Source of the DNA: Bispira polyomma
Taxonomy: Eukaryota
Length of the DNA stretch: 64,000 bases
Assembly (NCBI GenBank): GCA_965649765.1
Contig: OZ287749.1
Span: 7,502,001 to 7,566,000 of the forward strand
Direction: 5' to 3'
The notes below the pieces were generated by a model, which had not been told where the DNA came from, made no database searches, and worked only from the letters and a program-made list of their open reading frames with translations. Position numbers and translations under genes: made by a program. This document shows, piece after piece, positions 25,674 through 38,516 of this stretch (positions within the stretch are counted from its first letter, which is position 1; each line of letters starts with the position of its first letter).

Positions 25674-28600
25674 GGTGTAGTTTATACCCATTACGGTAGA
25701 GAGCAGCCTCTATACATAGAATACACATTATATGTCAGTGGAGGGCTTTCTATGAGCTTGTCCTGTCTCGCCCAATATTATTGGCTCTCTGTGTATGTAT
25801 GTGTGTGTGTGTATTTGTTTGAGTGTGCTTCAATCAGTCTTGGAGATCAATAACTACATCATATGTATATTAAGTACACAGGTATAGTCAGACCGTAAAC
25901 CTAAGAAATACTAACTTCGATAAAAATTGACAGGTGTATGTGTGTCAAATAACACCTCTTGTTGATGAGAGTTTTACTCGATAAAAGTAGCTAAAAAATA
26001 GTTTTCATGTGAAATTTTGAACGTTCACAGTATTAATTTGTGGTAATATTATAGTGATGAAGTATTTCCTGATGGGAATTTGTCAATGGACCTGTTTAAA
26101 ATTTTACAGTAAATTAACTTCTCAGAGATCTAACTAAAAATGAATGCAAGCAAAATATGATAACAAAGCATATTATAATATCAATGGAAATTTGGCATCC
26201 AACAATAGACCACTTAATGAGAGTTCAGGGAACACCATTTATAGCAAAGGATCTTAAACTCATGCTTAAATATAAATACCCAAATAAACAGAGATTTCCC
26301 TATCAGTGGTTATAACCTAGGCAAGTTGGTATTCATTTTAATAGAGCTTTCAGCGAGGAACTCAAAGGTGTGGTCAGATTTTAGATATCTTTATTTGTAC
26401 AGAAATTTACAGCAGGACAGATATTGTTTATTGTTTTGTTATATTACTTTAAGTTTGATAGTACCTGATAATTAGTACTGGCCCTAGTAAATGCTATTGA
26501 TTAGTTCTAAGCTGATCGGATTGGTAAAAAAAAATGTGCAAGGGTCGTAGGGTTAATAACATAGACTTTGTTTTTGTGCACTGTATGTAAATATGGTGTA
26601 TAAGTCCACAACACTAGAGTTTAGACCATTAATAGGAAGAAGATTCCTATCCTGGTGCCATAAATGGTGCAAAACGTGGACTTGAATTTCATTATATCAG
26701 AAAAAGAGGAGGTCAAATGAGTACTATTGAAAGTCTTCTACTTAACAGTGTACAGGGAAAATCATGTGAATGAGCATGAACACTAATGATTCCTGTAAAT
26801 GTCAAATTGACTTTGAGTTGGACCTTTTGATGTTTTAGCCGAGAATATTTGATTGCATAGCTGCATGTTTTTTACCCATTGATTATTCAGACATGTGTAA
26901 ATTGCCAGTGATGTAATGTAAGAGGCAATCCAAAAAAATAAAATTGACACACAGTGTACTATTACCTAAAATATACAATAAATAAATCAATGTTTTGTTA
27001 AAACCAGGGATGTCATATGATACTGTTAAAATACGGGATTTCTGTTCTCTCCAAGTCGTATGTAAATAAAATACTGGTGCTTTAACAGTTGAGGCCCACT
27101 AACAGTTTAAAGGCTTGCCCATTGTTTGACTGGAAATAGATCTTTTATTGTCGATTGCAATACAGTCAAATCCATTTAAGTAGAACTCTGATAAGTGGAA
27201 ATATCTTTTTAAGTAGAAGTTATTTTTAGGCCCAATTGCTGTATTTCTATTTAAAATTGACCCTGTGTTAAGTGGAATTTCTTCAAGCAGAACAAATTGT
27301 TATGATCCCTTCAGATTCGATTCTGATTCAGGTTCCACTGAAATATACTGGTCCATTTACTGTGTCTTTTTACCACAATATTCCTGATAAAATATCAATC
27401 TTAACCATTATATTCAGAAGTAGGTCATATAACTATTGGTGGGCCTTAAATGTTAAGTACCACTAGATTATTTCTTGTTTCTGGTAAGAAAAAGGTTTAT
27501 TTTTGAAATATACAAAAAAACCCAACAAACCCTGATCAATCTTTGGCCTGTGAAAACAGCCTTAATAGTCCAAAGGGGCCTTTATGTTTTGTAATTCTAC
27601 CAATTGTACCTTTGTGTCTGTGTGTACCCCCCCCCTCCCCCCCCTCCCTCCCCCCCCTTTTTTTTTTTTGCCAATATCAAAGACCAAAACCTTAAGCCAA
27701 AGACTAATTAAAGACTAAAAATTTTAATGAATACGGCCCCTCTCTGTTAATAGAGAAGGGGCTTTTATTGCAGAAATTACGGTATTACCTGTATCAAATT
27801 ACACAGAAAATCTATATCCCTTGCAGAGACCACACTTGATTACCGAGAAGTATTTAAATTTAATAAACCTGCAGCATTTTTGCTTTTAACAGCAGTCCAG
27901 TTTATGTATTTATTTGCCAGTGAAGATACCTTTGAACGAGTTGTACTTTATTATTGACTAGATGTTAATGCCTGATTGTGTCTCATCATTTATACATACA
28001 AGCTATTAAATATTTATATATGACAGGGGGGTGGGGGGGTGGCGGGGTGGCGTTCTGTTAATCTTACTACTGGAGAAGATATTTAAGAGGTCCTCACTCA
28101 CAATACTTAGCTTATAACACTTAAGAGCAAGGAAGACAATGTGTAAAACTTGAGTTTAGGTCACCTTAAAATATTGCTAGTGAGATTTATAATATAAAAC
28201 TCATGGTACACTTTTTCAGTGAACACAGTTGTGTAAAAAAAAGTTAAAAATCAGATATTTTTAGTATATAATTTGATATGCCTTTCATTGCCACAAAATC
28301 CACCTCTCCCAATATGTTTGGAGAATAGAGGTTCTGCGGTGTTTACAATCTACATATTAACTCAGATCTGACTTAAAAGCACATATCCTCTCTGTAATTT
28401 CTGTTTACAACATAATATATGGCTCTTTATCTTAATCAAGAGATTCTTATATGGTTGATATCAGGCATACTTGACACTTTCAGTGCTAGTTGTGCACAAA
28501 ATCACCTGTACACAGAAACTGTACACTTGAACATTTTAACTGGCAAATAATTTCACCTATTTTAACTAATCAATCGGAACAATAAGAATAAATTCAAAGT

Positions 28601-30110
28601 GAAAATTCTAATTTTCGCTGCGAATATTTTTGTTCTTAATCTTTTTTCGTTTAACAAATTACAAAAAAATTATTCCAAACCCAAGCAACATCCATACGTA
28701 TTCACAAGGTAATGAATAATTATACTACAATGTGTATATAAAAAAATAATCAAAATATTTTTTTAAACAAAAAATTGACCATTATTAAAGAAATAATTCC
28801 AGGGAATTTTCCCAAGATTAGTAAAAATTAGTGAATTTTTCTTCCACATGCGTACACTTTGTACCTCTTAATCTCCGGCCTGTATAAACTTTCACCCCGT
28901 TCCATTAACGAGATCAATTAGAAGTAAGTAGTACATATGTGTGTGTGTGTGTGTGTGTGGGGGGGGGGGGGGGGAATGGCAAAACCTGTACACTAAATGC
29001 CTGGTGGCGTTTAAGGCAATTCAGATTACAAGTCAACCAATCAGATTAGTGAGGGTCCCCATTCTGTACTTCTTATCATTTTTAGACACTGGATCCAGAA
29101 GGAAGGTTTTTTTTATTGTGTGTCTAAGAAGTATTGACAGTGTGTACACAATACCTGTGTCACGGATCAGAAGGTCGCCGGTCGTAAGGACATCCCCCCC
29201 CCCCCCCCCCCCCCCCTCTCTCTCTGGCATGTGTGTACACAATATGTGTGTGTATAGAGGATTGTAGACTTGTAGTGGATCCTGCTGAAGCCAATTGAAC
29301 AAACACTATAGAGACATCAGTCGTTTTCTTTTGGCTCGGGAAATGGAATTGTCCGCTTGAAAAAAGGCCACCCTGTTTAAAGGGGAGAGATATTCTAATT
29401 AATAAAAACCACATAACAAGCCTAAATATATAGTGGAGTAAATGTAGAGTCTTGTTGGATCCCGTGTGTGTATGTGTGTCTATTTAAGAATATTATAATG
29501 GAGGTGGGAGAGAGCTCAAAACTATTGATGAATATATTAGTGTACACACACACACAAGGGATTTTGTTAACAAACTAGAAATGTCATGCAAGTTGAATGT
29601 GTAGGGGATATTATGTGTGTTTGATGAATAGGAAATCCAGAGAAAAAAGAATTTGTTTTTGTAGTAGACAAAAATCTGGGAAATTATCATATTTTAGGCT
29701 GAAACATGCCTGTGTTTGACATGTATATTAGTTTGAGTGTGTATCTGTAAGACGGTCAGTACAAATATGGTGTTAGACATTAAATCTAAGGCAGGATAAC
29801 TTCAAAGATACACTAGAAGATTTGGTTATATTATAAGTGGTTTACATATTTCTGTTGACGGTTATTATCTGCTATATAAACTTTTTATGCTGGATAAACT
29901 GTCTGTGTTGTTGTGGAGTATAACTGTAAACAAGTATAAGCAATATCTGTGAAGTTTACTGCAGTTTAACTTTGCTGTAAGATTGACTGGAATTTCTCTT
30001 TTGTTGAGACTAATTAGAAGAAAGGATTACATACTGCTGACTGGGGATGGGCTACTTCCCTGGGCAGTGGTCAGTTCAGAGATCTGCACCCTGGGGGTGG
30101 ACAGTTGGAA

Positions 30111-30160
30111 GAGGGGCGGGGGTTAACGGTCACATGACGTGATAGACAGGAAGGCGGGGT
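30111..30160 (+). promoter_or_regulatory. Putative internal promoter elements (GC boxes, CRE-like TGACGTGA)
   Basis: GAGGGGCGGGGG, CACATGACGTGA and GGCGGGG in a GC-richer island about 500 nt upstream of ATG 30647. Confidence 0.3.
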
Positions 30161-30646
30161 CTCTGGGCAAATGTATCTGGGCACTGATATACCGTAACGA
30201 CCTTAAAAACCCTCTACTTCCTGTAAAACAAACACTAACTAACCCTCTTAAAAAACCCCTGCATAGGCTCACTTTTATATCTCTTGATATGGATCGTAAA
30301 ACTTTGTATGTGTGCAGAGAAAACCATATTACGCAAACTTGAGACGCGGTATTAACTTAGATACTTCTGCTATATTGTATAACTTAAAAACTTTTTGAAA
30401 ACTTTGTTGATTGCTTATTAGATAGTCTTGTTTGTGTGTTTTTTCTTCGCTTGGAAATGTTCAGTAAATTAGTAAGTTACTATTTGCAAGGATAGAGAGC
30501 AAAGGTAGAGGTAAACATCTTGTGATACCAATAAAACACTACATAATGGTAAAAAATATGTTCCAAAGTATAAAGTTTTAAGAGATTTACATATATAGAA
30601 AAAAACAAAAAACACTCTCACAAACTACCAGTTATTGTATTTGAAC

Positions 30647-32148
30647 ATGTCGTCACGACATACACCAATGGACGTAGAACAACGTCCCTCTACACCCGTT
30701 AAGTCTAAACGGTCATATGGTGCATCTAGGCGGGACGAGGAGGAGGATGTGGAGTCACATGATTTGAAACCAAAGAAACGTCATGACAGCAAGTATAAGT
30801 CGGACATAGCGATATCTCCGCATCGATACTACTCCCCATCAGGCCAGCCCCTGAGTGAGACCAAGGGGTACTCCCCGGAGAGAAGGGGCCATCTGCCCTC
30901 AAAAGGTGGGGGGCGCTCCCCGGAAAGGGGGCATCTACCCTCAAAAGGTGGGGGGCACTCCCCGGAGAGGGGGCCCCGCAGTAGTAGGACCAGCAACCGA
31001 CAGCACGACGGGAGTCATGACAATAGACCCTCTAAACAACATCACAGTAAAAAGATGGAGAAACCATCAGAGACAAAACACCGTCACTCTTCTGATACTG
31101 GTCGTCATAGGGATGAGGGAAGTCCACGACATCATCACCAACACCACCAGTATAGTACAGAGTACACTAAGTCTGATGGTAAGCGGTACAGCAGTAGTAC
31201 CAGGGACAGGCATGATTCTAAGGAGGACAGACAACACAGCAAGCATCCTCATCATCACGATAAGTCTCAGTCTCCGACACACAGGGAGATATCAGGGAAG
31301 TTTGAAAGACGGCTGGATGACAGTAGCCACCACAGCATTAGGCCTCAGTCTACGTCCATATTAGAAGGGAGCAGCAAGCGTACCCGTCCCAGTAGTAGGA
31401 CCAGTGAGCCGAGTGGCAACTTTGAGTATATCAGACCGTCGTCGAAGAGTCTGAGCAGAGAGGAGCTGCATTCTTCTGGTGGTGGTCACCACGGCGACAA
31501 GCATCGCCTAGAGAGAGGCAAGAGTCAGAGCACGGCCCAGTTGGAGAGGGTTGGCAGCAGCAGCTCGGGGCGGGAACAACGCAGTGGTCGCCATGGTGAC
31601 AAGCATCATCTGGAGAGAGGCAAGAGTCAGAGTACAGCACAGCTACACATGGTCGACGGCAGCAGGGAACGTCTTAGTGGTCGCCATGACTACCGCTCCA
31701 CGGACACCTTACTACACAAGAGGTCAAGCCGATCTAGTGCTAAGAGTATGGAGAACTTATTAGACCGGTCTGTGTCTCCGGCCCGTTCGGACACCAGCAC
31801 GGGAAGTAACAAGAAGCTCATGCTGAAGTACATGATACACGAGGTGCGGGAACTGAAGCGACAGATTGACCCAAACGAACCCGACATCCACATCCGTCAG
31901 AAAGGTCGAGGTCATGACCAGTCCGGATACGAGGGCTCTGGATCCGACCTATCAGATGGAGAGGGAGGGGGTGGGAGGAGTAGGCTGGGGCAGTCATTGC
32001 GGGAAGAACCACAGAGGAGGCAGCTACCCACTACCCCACAACAGCTCAACAGGACCTACCCTCCCAGGGAGAGGGCGTCTAAGGGGCACGGAAAGCATAG
32101 GAGTTTTACTAAGGAGGAGAAGAAACAGATGCTACAGCTTCTTAAAGA
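30647..32148 (+). CDS. Intronic ~500-aa Ser/Arg/His-rich ORF: probable internal first exon of nesprin (or a nested single-exon gene ending at TAA 32152)
   Basis: 1.5-kb GC-rich uninterrupted ORF from ATG 30647. It ends AAA GA|GTAATG, a phase-2 donor compatible with the acceptor at 34352. Confidence 0.7.
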
Positions 32149-33104
32149 GTAATGAGTTTATTATATAGAGTTATTTATTTGTATGTAGAGTTTTCTCTGT
32201 ATTCTTGGATTTTATATGTATTTGTTCTGTTCACCTAGCCACAAATTACGTTGATTCTATTATTTGATGTCACTTTACAGAAAACAAAGCATATTAAAAC
32301 ATAGGAATATTGTACTTTCACATATAAGAAATAATAATAATTATATTTCTCTAGCGTCAAGATTCAGTCAAGTGTCTGTTCCAAGGCGCTTTACAAATGG
32401 CAAGTCACTTAAAACACATACTCTTACAACTTATTTGTCAAGAAATATAATGGTGGCATAAATAAATAAATAAGTTTAATTTTTATCTAAAAGCGTCAAC
32501 AGAAACAGATGTCTTTTAGTAGAGGTTCCATAATGTTGGTGAACCGAAAATGCACAACCACCAAATGTTTTGCATTTTGACTTTCGAATCAAAAGTTGGA
32601 GCTTATTACTGGAGCAGGTTATCTGACAAAATTCCCTTTTTGTCTTGCTGTCCTAACATGTTTGGATCATAAAGGTTATACTGTACGTAATATTGCAAGT
32701 ATGTTTCAGCTTGATGCTGTCTCTTTGAAAATAGATCAATTTGTTTTTTGCTCACTTTTTTATTTGTGAGACAAAAGGATTAAGTTCAAACTCAATCAAT
32801 AGATTTCACCATTTTCTGTCAAAAGGGTTTCTCAATAAGCGTAATTGAATCAGAAAAAAGGTGGAATGGTAACAATGTGTACTTTATTCTATAGAAAAGT
32901 GTCAACTCCCACAATTCATTGGCTAACAAGGTTCACTAATGCATGGAAAGGCTTTTTTGAATACAGATTTAATGGCATTTGTGACAAATGACATTTGTAA
33001 ATAAAGTCTTGAGTTGTATGAATGCATGAGATTCATTGATTTTGATGGTCAATGTAAAGTCTTACAGACAATGATTATATGGAAGGTAGAATCTACTTGG
33101 TTTC

Positions 33105-33550
33105 AGTGTGCGTTTCCATGCAGGCAACTTTTTGAGGCGATCAGGCGACGGCCGACGGCGATTCTATCAGTTTCATTGATTTAAAACCAAGTGTTTCCAT
33201 GTGAGCAACGCCGACAGGCGACAGGCAATGCCAGGCGATTTTTTTCGCTACTAGGAACAAAAAAAAATCGCCTGGCATTGCTGTCGCCTTGTAAACATTG
33301 CCGATTTTGTTATAATAGCTCAAAAATTACTGAAGGTATAAATTTAATGAAAATATGGTGAGGAAGCTTATTTTATCGGGTATATTGTGCTATTTGTTGC
33401 ATCAGAATCGGTTTAGAAATGGTTAAGATATTCAGGTTTAAAACAGGTATCTATTTTCCCAAATAATTGTATAGAAACATAAAAATTAAAAATTGCCTGT
33501 TATACGTCGGCTGGTCGCCTCAGAAAGTTGCCTGCGTGGAAACGCTCACT
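33105..33550. mobile_element. Non-autonomous DNA transposon with ~40-bp TIRs
   Basis: GCGTTTCCATGCAGGCAACTTTTTGAGGCGA ... TCGCCTCAGAAAGTTGCCTGCGTGGAAACGC. Confidence 0.75.
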
Positions 33551-34351
33551 TATCTAGTGATAAATCAAGTGACAATGATTTTTAAACCTGACTCAAGCAA
33601 AAAGCTTGTTAGAATTTACTGCATGATATTTCTAATTAAATCTGATTTTCACACATTACATGGAATTTAATTTGTAAAATGACAAAGTTCTTTTCAACTA
33701 AGACTTTATATTAAGGTAATTTAAGTTTAAAATTTTTTCTTACAAATGCAGAACTTCACAACTGACAATTACAACTGAAGGGGGTGGGGGGGGGGATCTA
33801 TACAGAAATATTAAATAATGTAATTACTACATAAAAAGTGTACACCCTACATGTGCAAAAATGTAGACAGTCCACAGGTGAACTCCTGATATGGGACAAA
33901 AGTGATATGGGAATATTCAGTTTATTAGACACAAGCATACAGGACATTAGGGCATTTATGATATATATCTAACATCCAATGTTAATAGGTTAATACATTA
34001 AACATCTACTACTTATACACTAAGAGAGGTGACCCCCAAAGATTGAGGTTACCTAAAATTAATGTTAACTTGATACTAAAGTTAGCGAGGTTACTTAAGG
34101 TCACCTTAAGTTGTGTGGTGATCTTAACTTTAGTTATATTGTGGTTAGTTTAAGCAAGTTTGATGTAAGGTTACCTTACATCTGCAACCTTGTAAGGTAA
34201 ACATAAAGTTATAGGTTTTAATATTATTTATACTATATACTATATGTTACTAAATATACTGTCAACATATAACTATTAAAATGCCCTAAATATATATGCC
34301 ATGCTTATCAATGTACAGGTTTTACTGTATCAGTCTTTGTGTTTTTTATAG

Positions 34352-34548
34352 GAAATACGGCATAGAAGTGCGCGACTTTGGCCCGAGTTGGCGCGACGGA
34401 CATGCCTTTAATGCAATGATCCACAACATTAGACCCGAACTGGTGGACATGCATCGACTGCCGAACTACCCTAACAGAGAGAACCTGGAGCGAGCATTTA
34501 ATGCTGCGGAGCATGAGCTGGGGATTCCTCGCTTACTGGATGCTGAGG
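34352..34548 (+). CDS. SYNE1: CH2 exon KYGIEVRDFGPSWRDGHAFNAMIHNIRPELVD...LGIPRLLDAE
   Basis: TTTTATAG / GTAAGG, phase 2-1, classic CH2 motifs. Confidence 0.96.
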
Positions 34549-34960
34549 GTAAGGATTGCTCAGTTAAGTGGTCATTTATTGACTGTCCCCAACTTGGAGG
34601 ACTCTGAGGGTAAGGGTTGGTCAGTTAAGTGGTTGCTCATTGACTCTCCCCAATTTAGAGGACTCTGATGGTAAGGATTGGTCAGTTAAGTGGGCACTCA
34701 TTGACTGTCCCCAACTTAGAGGACTCTGAGGGTAAGGGTTGGTCAGTTAAGTGGTCACTCATTAACTGTCCCCAACTTAGAGGACTCTGAGAATAAGAGT
34801 TGGTAAGTTATGTGGTCATCAATTGGTCATCCTCTGCTTACTGGACTCTGGGGGTAAGGCTTGGTCAGTTGGTGATTCCCTTCTTACTGGACATTGAGGG
34901 TAAGGCTTGAGTAGTGACCAATTGGTGATCACCCTCTTACTGGAGCCTGAGTGTAAGGCT
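34523..34960 (+). repeat. 61-bp array spanning donor 34549, about 8 copies
   Basis: TGAGG|GTAAGG-like at 34549, 34610, 34671, 34732, 34854, 34900. Confidence 0.9.
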
Positions 34961-36049
34961 TTGCCAAGTCTCAAATGTACACCGTTTAAAATTGGCAGCT
35001 AATCTAAAATTTGCTATGAGATAGAGTAGAATTACGGGACGCTTGTTTGTATACAGGTGAAAATTCACGCGTAAGGGGCCGCAATTTCTATTGGCTATAG
35101 CTCAGCATCCACTGGGCGGATTCTCTTCAAATTTGGGACATATATGCAGCAGCCCTGGGAAATGTTTTTCAATATGGTGTCATCACATTTCAACTAATCA
35201 GAGAAGTCACATGACCAAAAACACAGGTTTTTAAAGGGGTGTGCTTGTCCGGATGATAACTTAAAAAGCGCTTAACCTATTCTCATGAAATTTGGCAAGT
35301 AGGCTTCTTGTATAGATGTCTGGACAACATTAACTTTTGGAACTGATCTGATACAAAATGGCTGTAACATGTACAAATTATGAGACTTAAATGATCCAAT
35401 CGCTTTTTCAAATGACATGCGTGCTTGTTGTGTCCTTGTAATGTTGCATTTTGCTGAAATAATTAAGTAAATTATTCATGTGTCGTTAGTGTAAAATTGA
35501 CAACATATCTAAAATTAGCACAAGAATTTAAAATATGATAATAGATGACAAAATAGTAGTTAAAGTATTAATAGTAGTTTATAGTGACAAAATGTACTGA
35601 TTACTGAGACTAAAATCCTATAGTTTCTTGAAGTAACTAAGAATTGTTTTGTCATGCTGCTTGTGTCCTTGTAATGTTGCATTTCACTGGAATAACAAGG
35701 TAAATTATTCATTGTGTTATTGTCGGGATGTATATATTCCTTTGTACAAAGAACAGCTGTGTTTATGTTACATCTTGCTTAAAAGATCAAATAATTACGT
35801 TGCACGCTTCTGAAAATAAGGTAATTGTCAAACCGACAAACAAAATATTAATAAATGATAATTTATAATCAAACGGCTGATGTTTTAAAGGTCTTTTGTA
35901 CTTTTTGACAAAAATGCCTACTTAATTAGTTATTTAATCTTTTCTAGTGAATTACGAAATTTAATTTAGATGGTGACCAGTCTTTCAACCTAAATTACAA
36001 CATAATTGTCAGGTTTTCCAGTTTTTACACTGGGAAAATAGGCTTAATA

Positions 36050-36227
36050 CACTGGAACATCTATTATTCAAACATGTTGGGAGAGAAAAAGATATTGTTC
36101 GGATAACAGAAGGTTCATAAAATAGAAAAGGCATTATGGTACAAGACTATAGGTGACAGTGAAACTGTGTTCATAAGTTGAATACTATATTCGGTAATTA
36201 GAAGTTTGGATGATAGAGGTTCAACTG
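36050..36227. mobile_element. MITE family 1 copy
   Basis: Degenerate TIRs and shared internal sequence. Confidence 0.7.
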
Positions 36228-36543
36228 TGATTAGGTTTTGGGCAGGATCCACTTCTATTGGTGCTACTGACCTAACCCCTTGACAGACTGTCACTCGCTG
36301 CAGGGGTCCCACAGTTGTCTCCTAATCGTCGTCACTTGTAGCTTTGTAATTATATTCCCTGTTTCTTCTTTGACTCTTCGGATCATGGAAGTTCAGATAA
36401 CAGAGGTTGTACTAGACAATGTTGTAACAAGCCTGAAAAGTCCATTATTTACTCCCATATTTTAGCAATAATTAACATATTATCAGTTTCTGGTGAGATG
36501 TGGCTGTATTGTGTACTGTATCGTGTTGTATGTTGTATCTTAG

Positions 36544-36647
36544 ATGTGGATGTGGACAAGCCTGACGAAAAGTCCATCATGACTTACGTGGCCCAGTTTT
36601 TGGAGAAGTATCCAGATCCAGATGTTGATTCCTCCTCTCAGGCAAAG
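36544..36647 (+). CDS. SYNE1: CH2 end DVDVDKPDEKSIMTYVAQFLEKYPDPDVDSSSQAK
   Basis: CTTAG / GTCAGT, phase 1-0. Confidence 0.96.
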
Positions 36648-38300
36648 GTCAGTGTGTGCATTCTGTGTGTGTTGGGGAGGATGGGTTACGTATGTGCATT
36701 ATGTATAGGGGGAGGGAAAGTTTCTGCTAGTACAATCGTAACTTCGTGCATGGCTGGGGCCATACTCACAAACATTTTCAGATTGCCATGTTTAAAAATT
36801 TCTCAGTTTCAGCCAGTCTGGTTCACAGTTTGACCAGACAATAAAATATCTTGATACGAAAGTCAAAGAATAAGAATATTTGTGAATATCAGCCCTGGTG
36901 TTGTTATAAAAAGGTCCATGGGACAAGCAGCAGTGGTTAAATTGAATGGTGAACTTTAAAAATTTGAAATTTTTATATTGTCTCAGTGCATCAAAATTAT
37001 CTGAAATTATCTAGTACATAGATGTTCATATTATCAGTTTCTAATAGCCAGTCATGTACAGTTTTGAATCTTTCAATTAACTTATTCTATAGATTTATAG
37101 TTATGAACTAGAATCTGTTTTTGATGATATTGGTGTTTAGCACTGATATTAAATGGTGCACAAATTTTATACACTACTGCATGTACTAGTATGAACACCC
37201 ACATAGCACATTATACCTGTGATAAAATATTGAGTATCAGGTTTAGCTGGCAAGTGATTCAGTAAATGTAATCTTGTATTTTAAAATAATTTTAATCATT
37301 ATAATCGTATGCATGTTAGTCTTAATTACTATTATTTTATCTAGCAGATGCATCCATTGGATACTTTAATTTACACACGGTTATGCCGCGAGAGATTTTC
37401 TTTGTTAAAATATTACAGATAGCCTTGTCAAATTTTAAACATAGGTTTACTGCTGTAATATCTTGCTCCTGCTGAAAATCTCAAGATGGCCGCAGCAACA
37501 GCTTATTTACAATTAATTTTACATCATTCGCAGACAAACTGTAAGAAATATTGTTACCAAATTTGGTATACAGTTTGCTTATATGTTAGTGGTCCTAAAA
37601 GTAAACACACAGACAATTTAAAGATTTTCTTTATTAACACTTTCAGAGTAAAACTATTGCAGATAGCCTCACCAAATCTTCAAATTCTGCATCCAAAGAA
37701 AGTTTTTAAAATGTAGATCCATCCAGTCATCTCTGTCTCATATCCACTTCACTTTAAAAGTCTTAATATTTACCTATCAACCAAACCATTTTGGCACACA
37801 ACATGCATCGCTTCTCCGATGCACTTTGTCTGTTATTTATTTATTACTATTTATTATTACTATTACCTTTTGATTTTAGAGCCGTTAAATGTAGTTGTGT
37901 ATCAATGAATGTTTGTCTTTCTTTTCTCTCAGATGTTGTCTTGTAGAGCCTATTGTAATTGTATACTGAGATCAATGTATTCTGTCACACATTAATATAC
38001 TGTAAATGCATGTCTATTCATTTGGTAATTATTATCTCTTTCATTTAAATTAAAGCAAACTTTTTTTTTTCAGTGTGTAAAATTGTTATCAAATATCATT
38101 GATTGTAGTATTCTAATTGTTATACTTGGTTTGTCTTCTGATTTTAGACATTAATATACATTTTACTGGTGCTATCAGTGTCAGTGTTTTCAGGACCTAA
38201 CTCAGAACTCAGTCATGTGGATATTGAAACAGGAAAAGGTGTAGTTTAAAAACTGTAAGATTTCAGCTTTTTGACGAAGGTGGATTTGAGTATTCAAGTA

Positions 38301-38486
38301 CAGTAGAACCTCGACTATCTGAATATATTTGGGAAAGCAAGATTTTGTTAGAAGCTTAATAAAATAGAAGATGCGGTTTTTATTGTATAAAACATTAGGA
38401 ATGCATGAAACTTGAGGAGAGTGGAAATTTGTTCAAAAATTTAAATATTTGAAATATTAGAAAGTTCAGATAATGGAGGTTTACTG
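38301..38486. mobile_element. MITE family 1 copy ending 30 nt before the giant-exon acceptor
   Basis: TA|CAGTAGAACCTC...GGAGGTTTACTG. Confidence 0.7.
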
Positions 38487-38516
38487 TTGTTTTTGCTCTG
38501 TCACAATCTCTTACAG

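Noticed and set aside
30855-31364. 169-aa overlapping ORF in another frame
   Set aside because: Non-ATG start; shadow of the GC-rich 500-codon ORF
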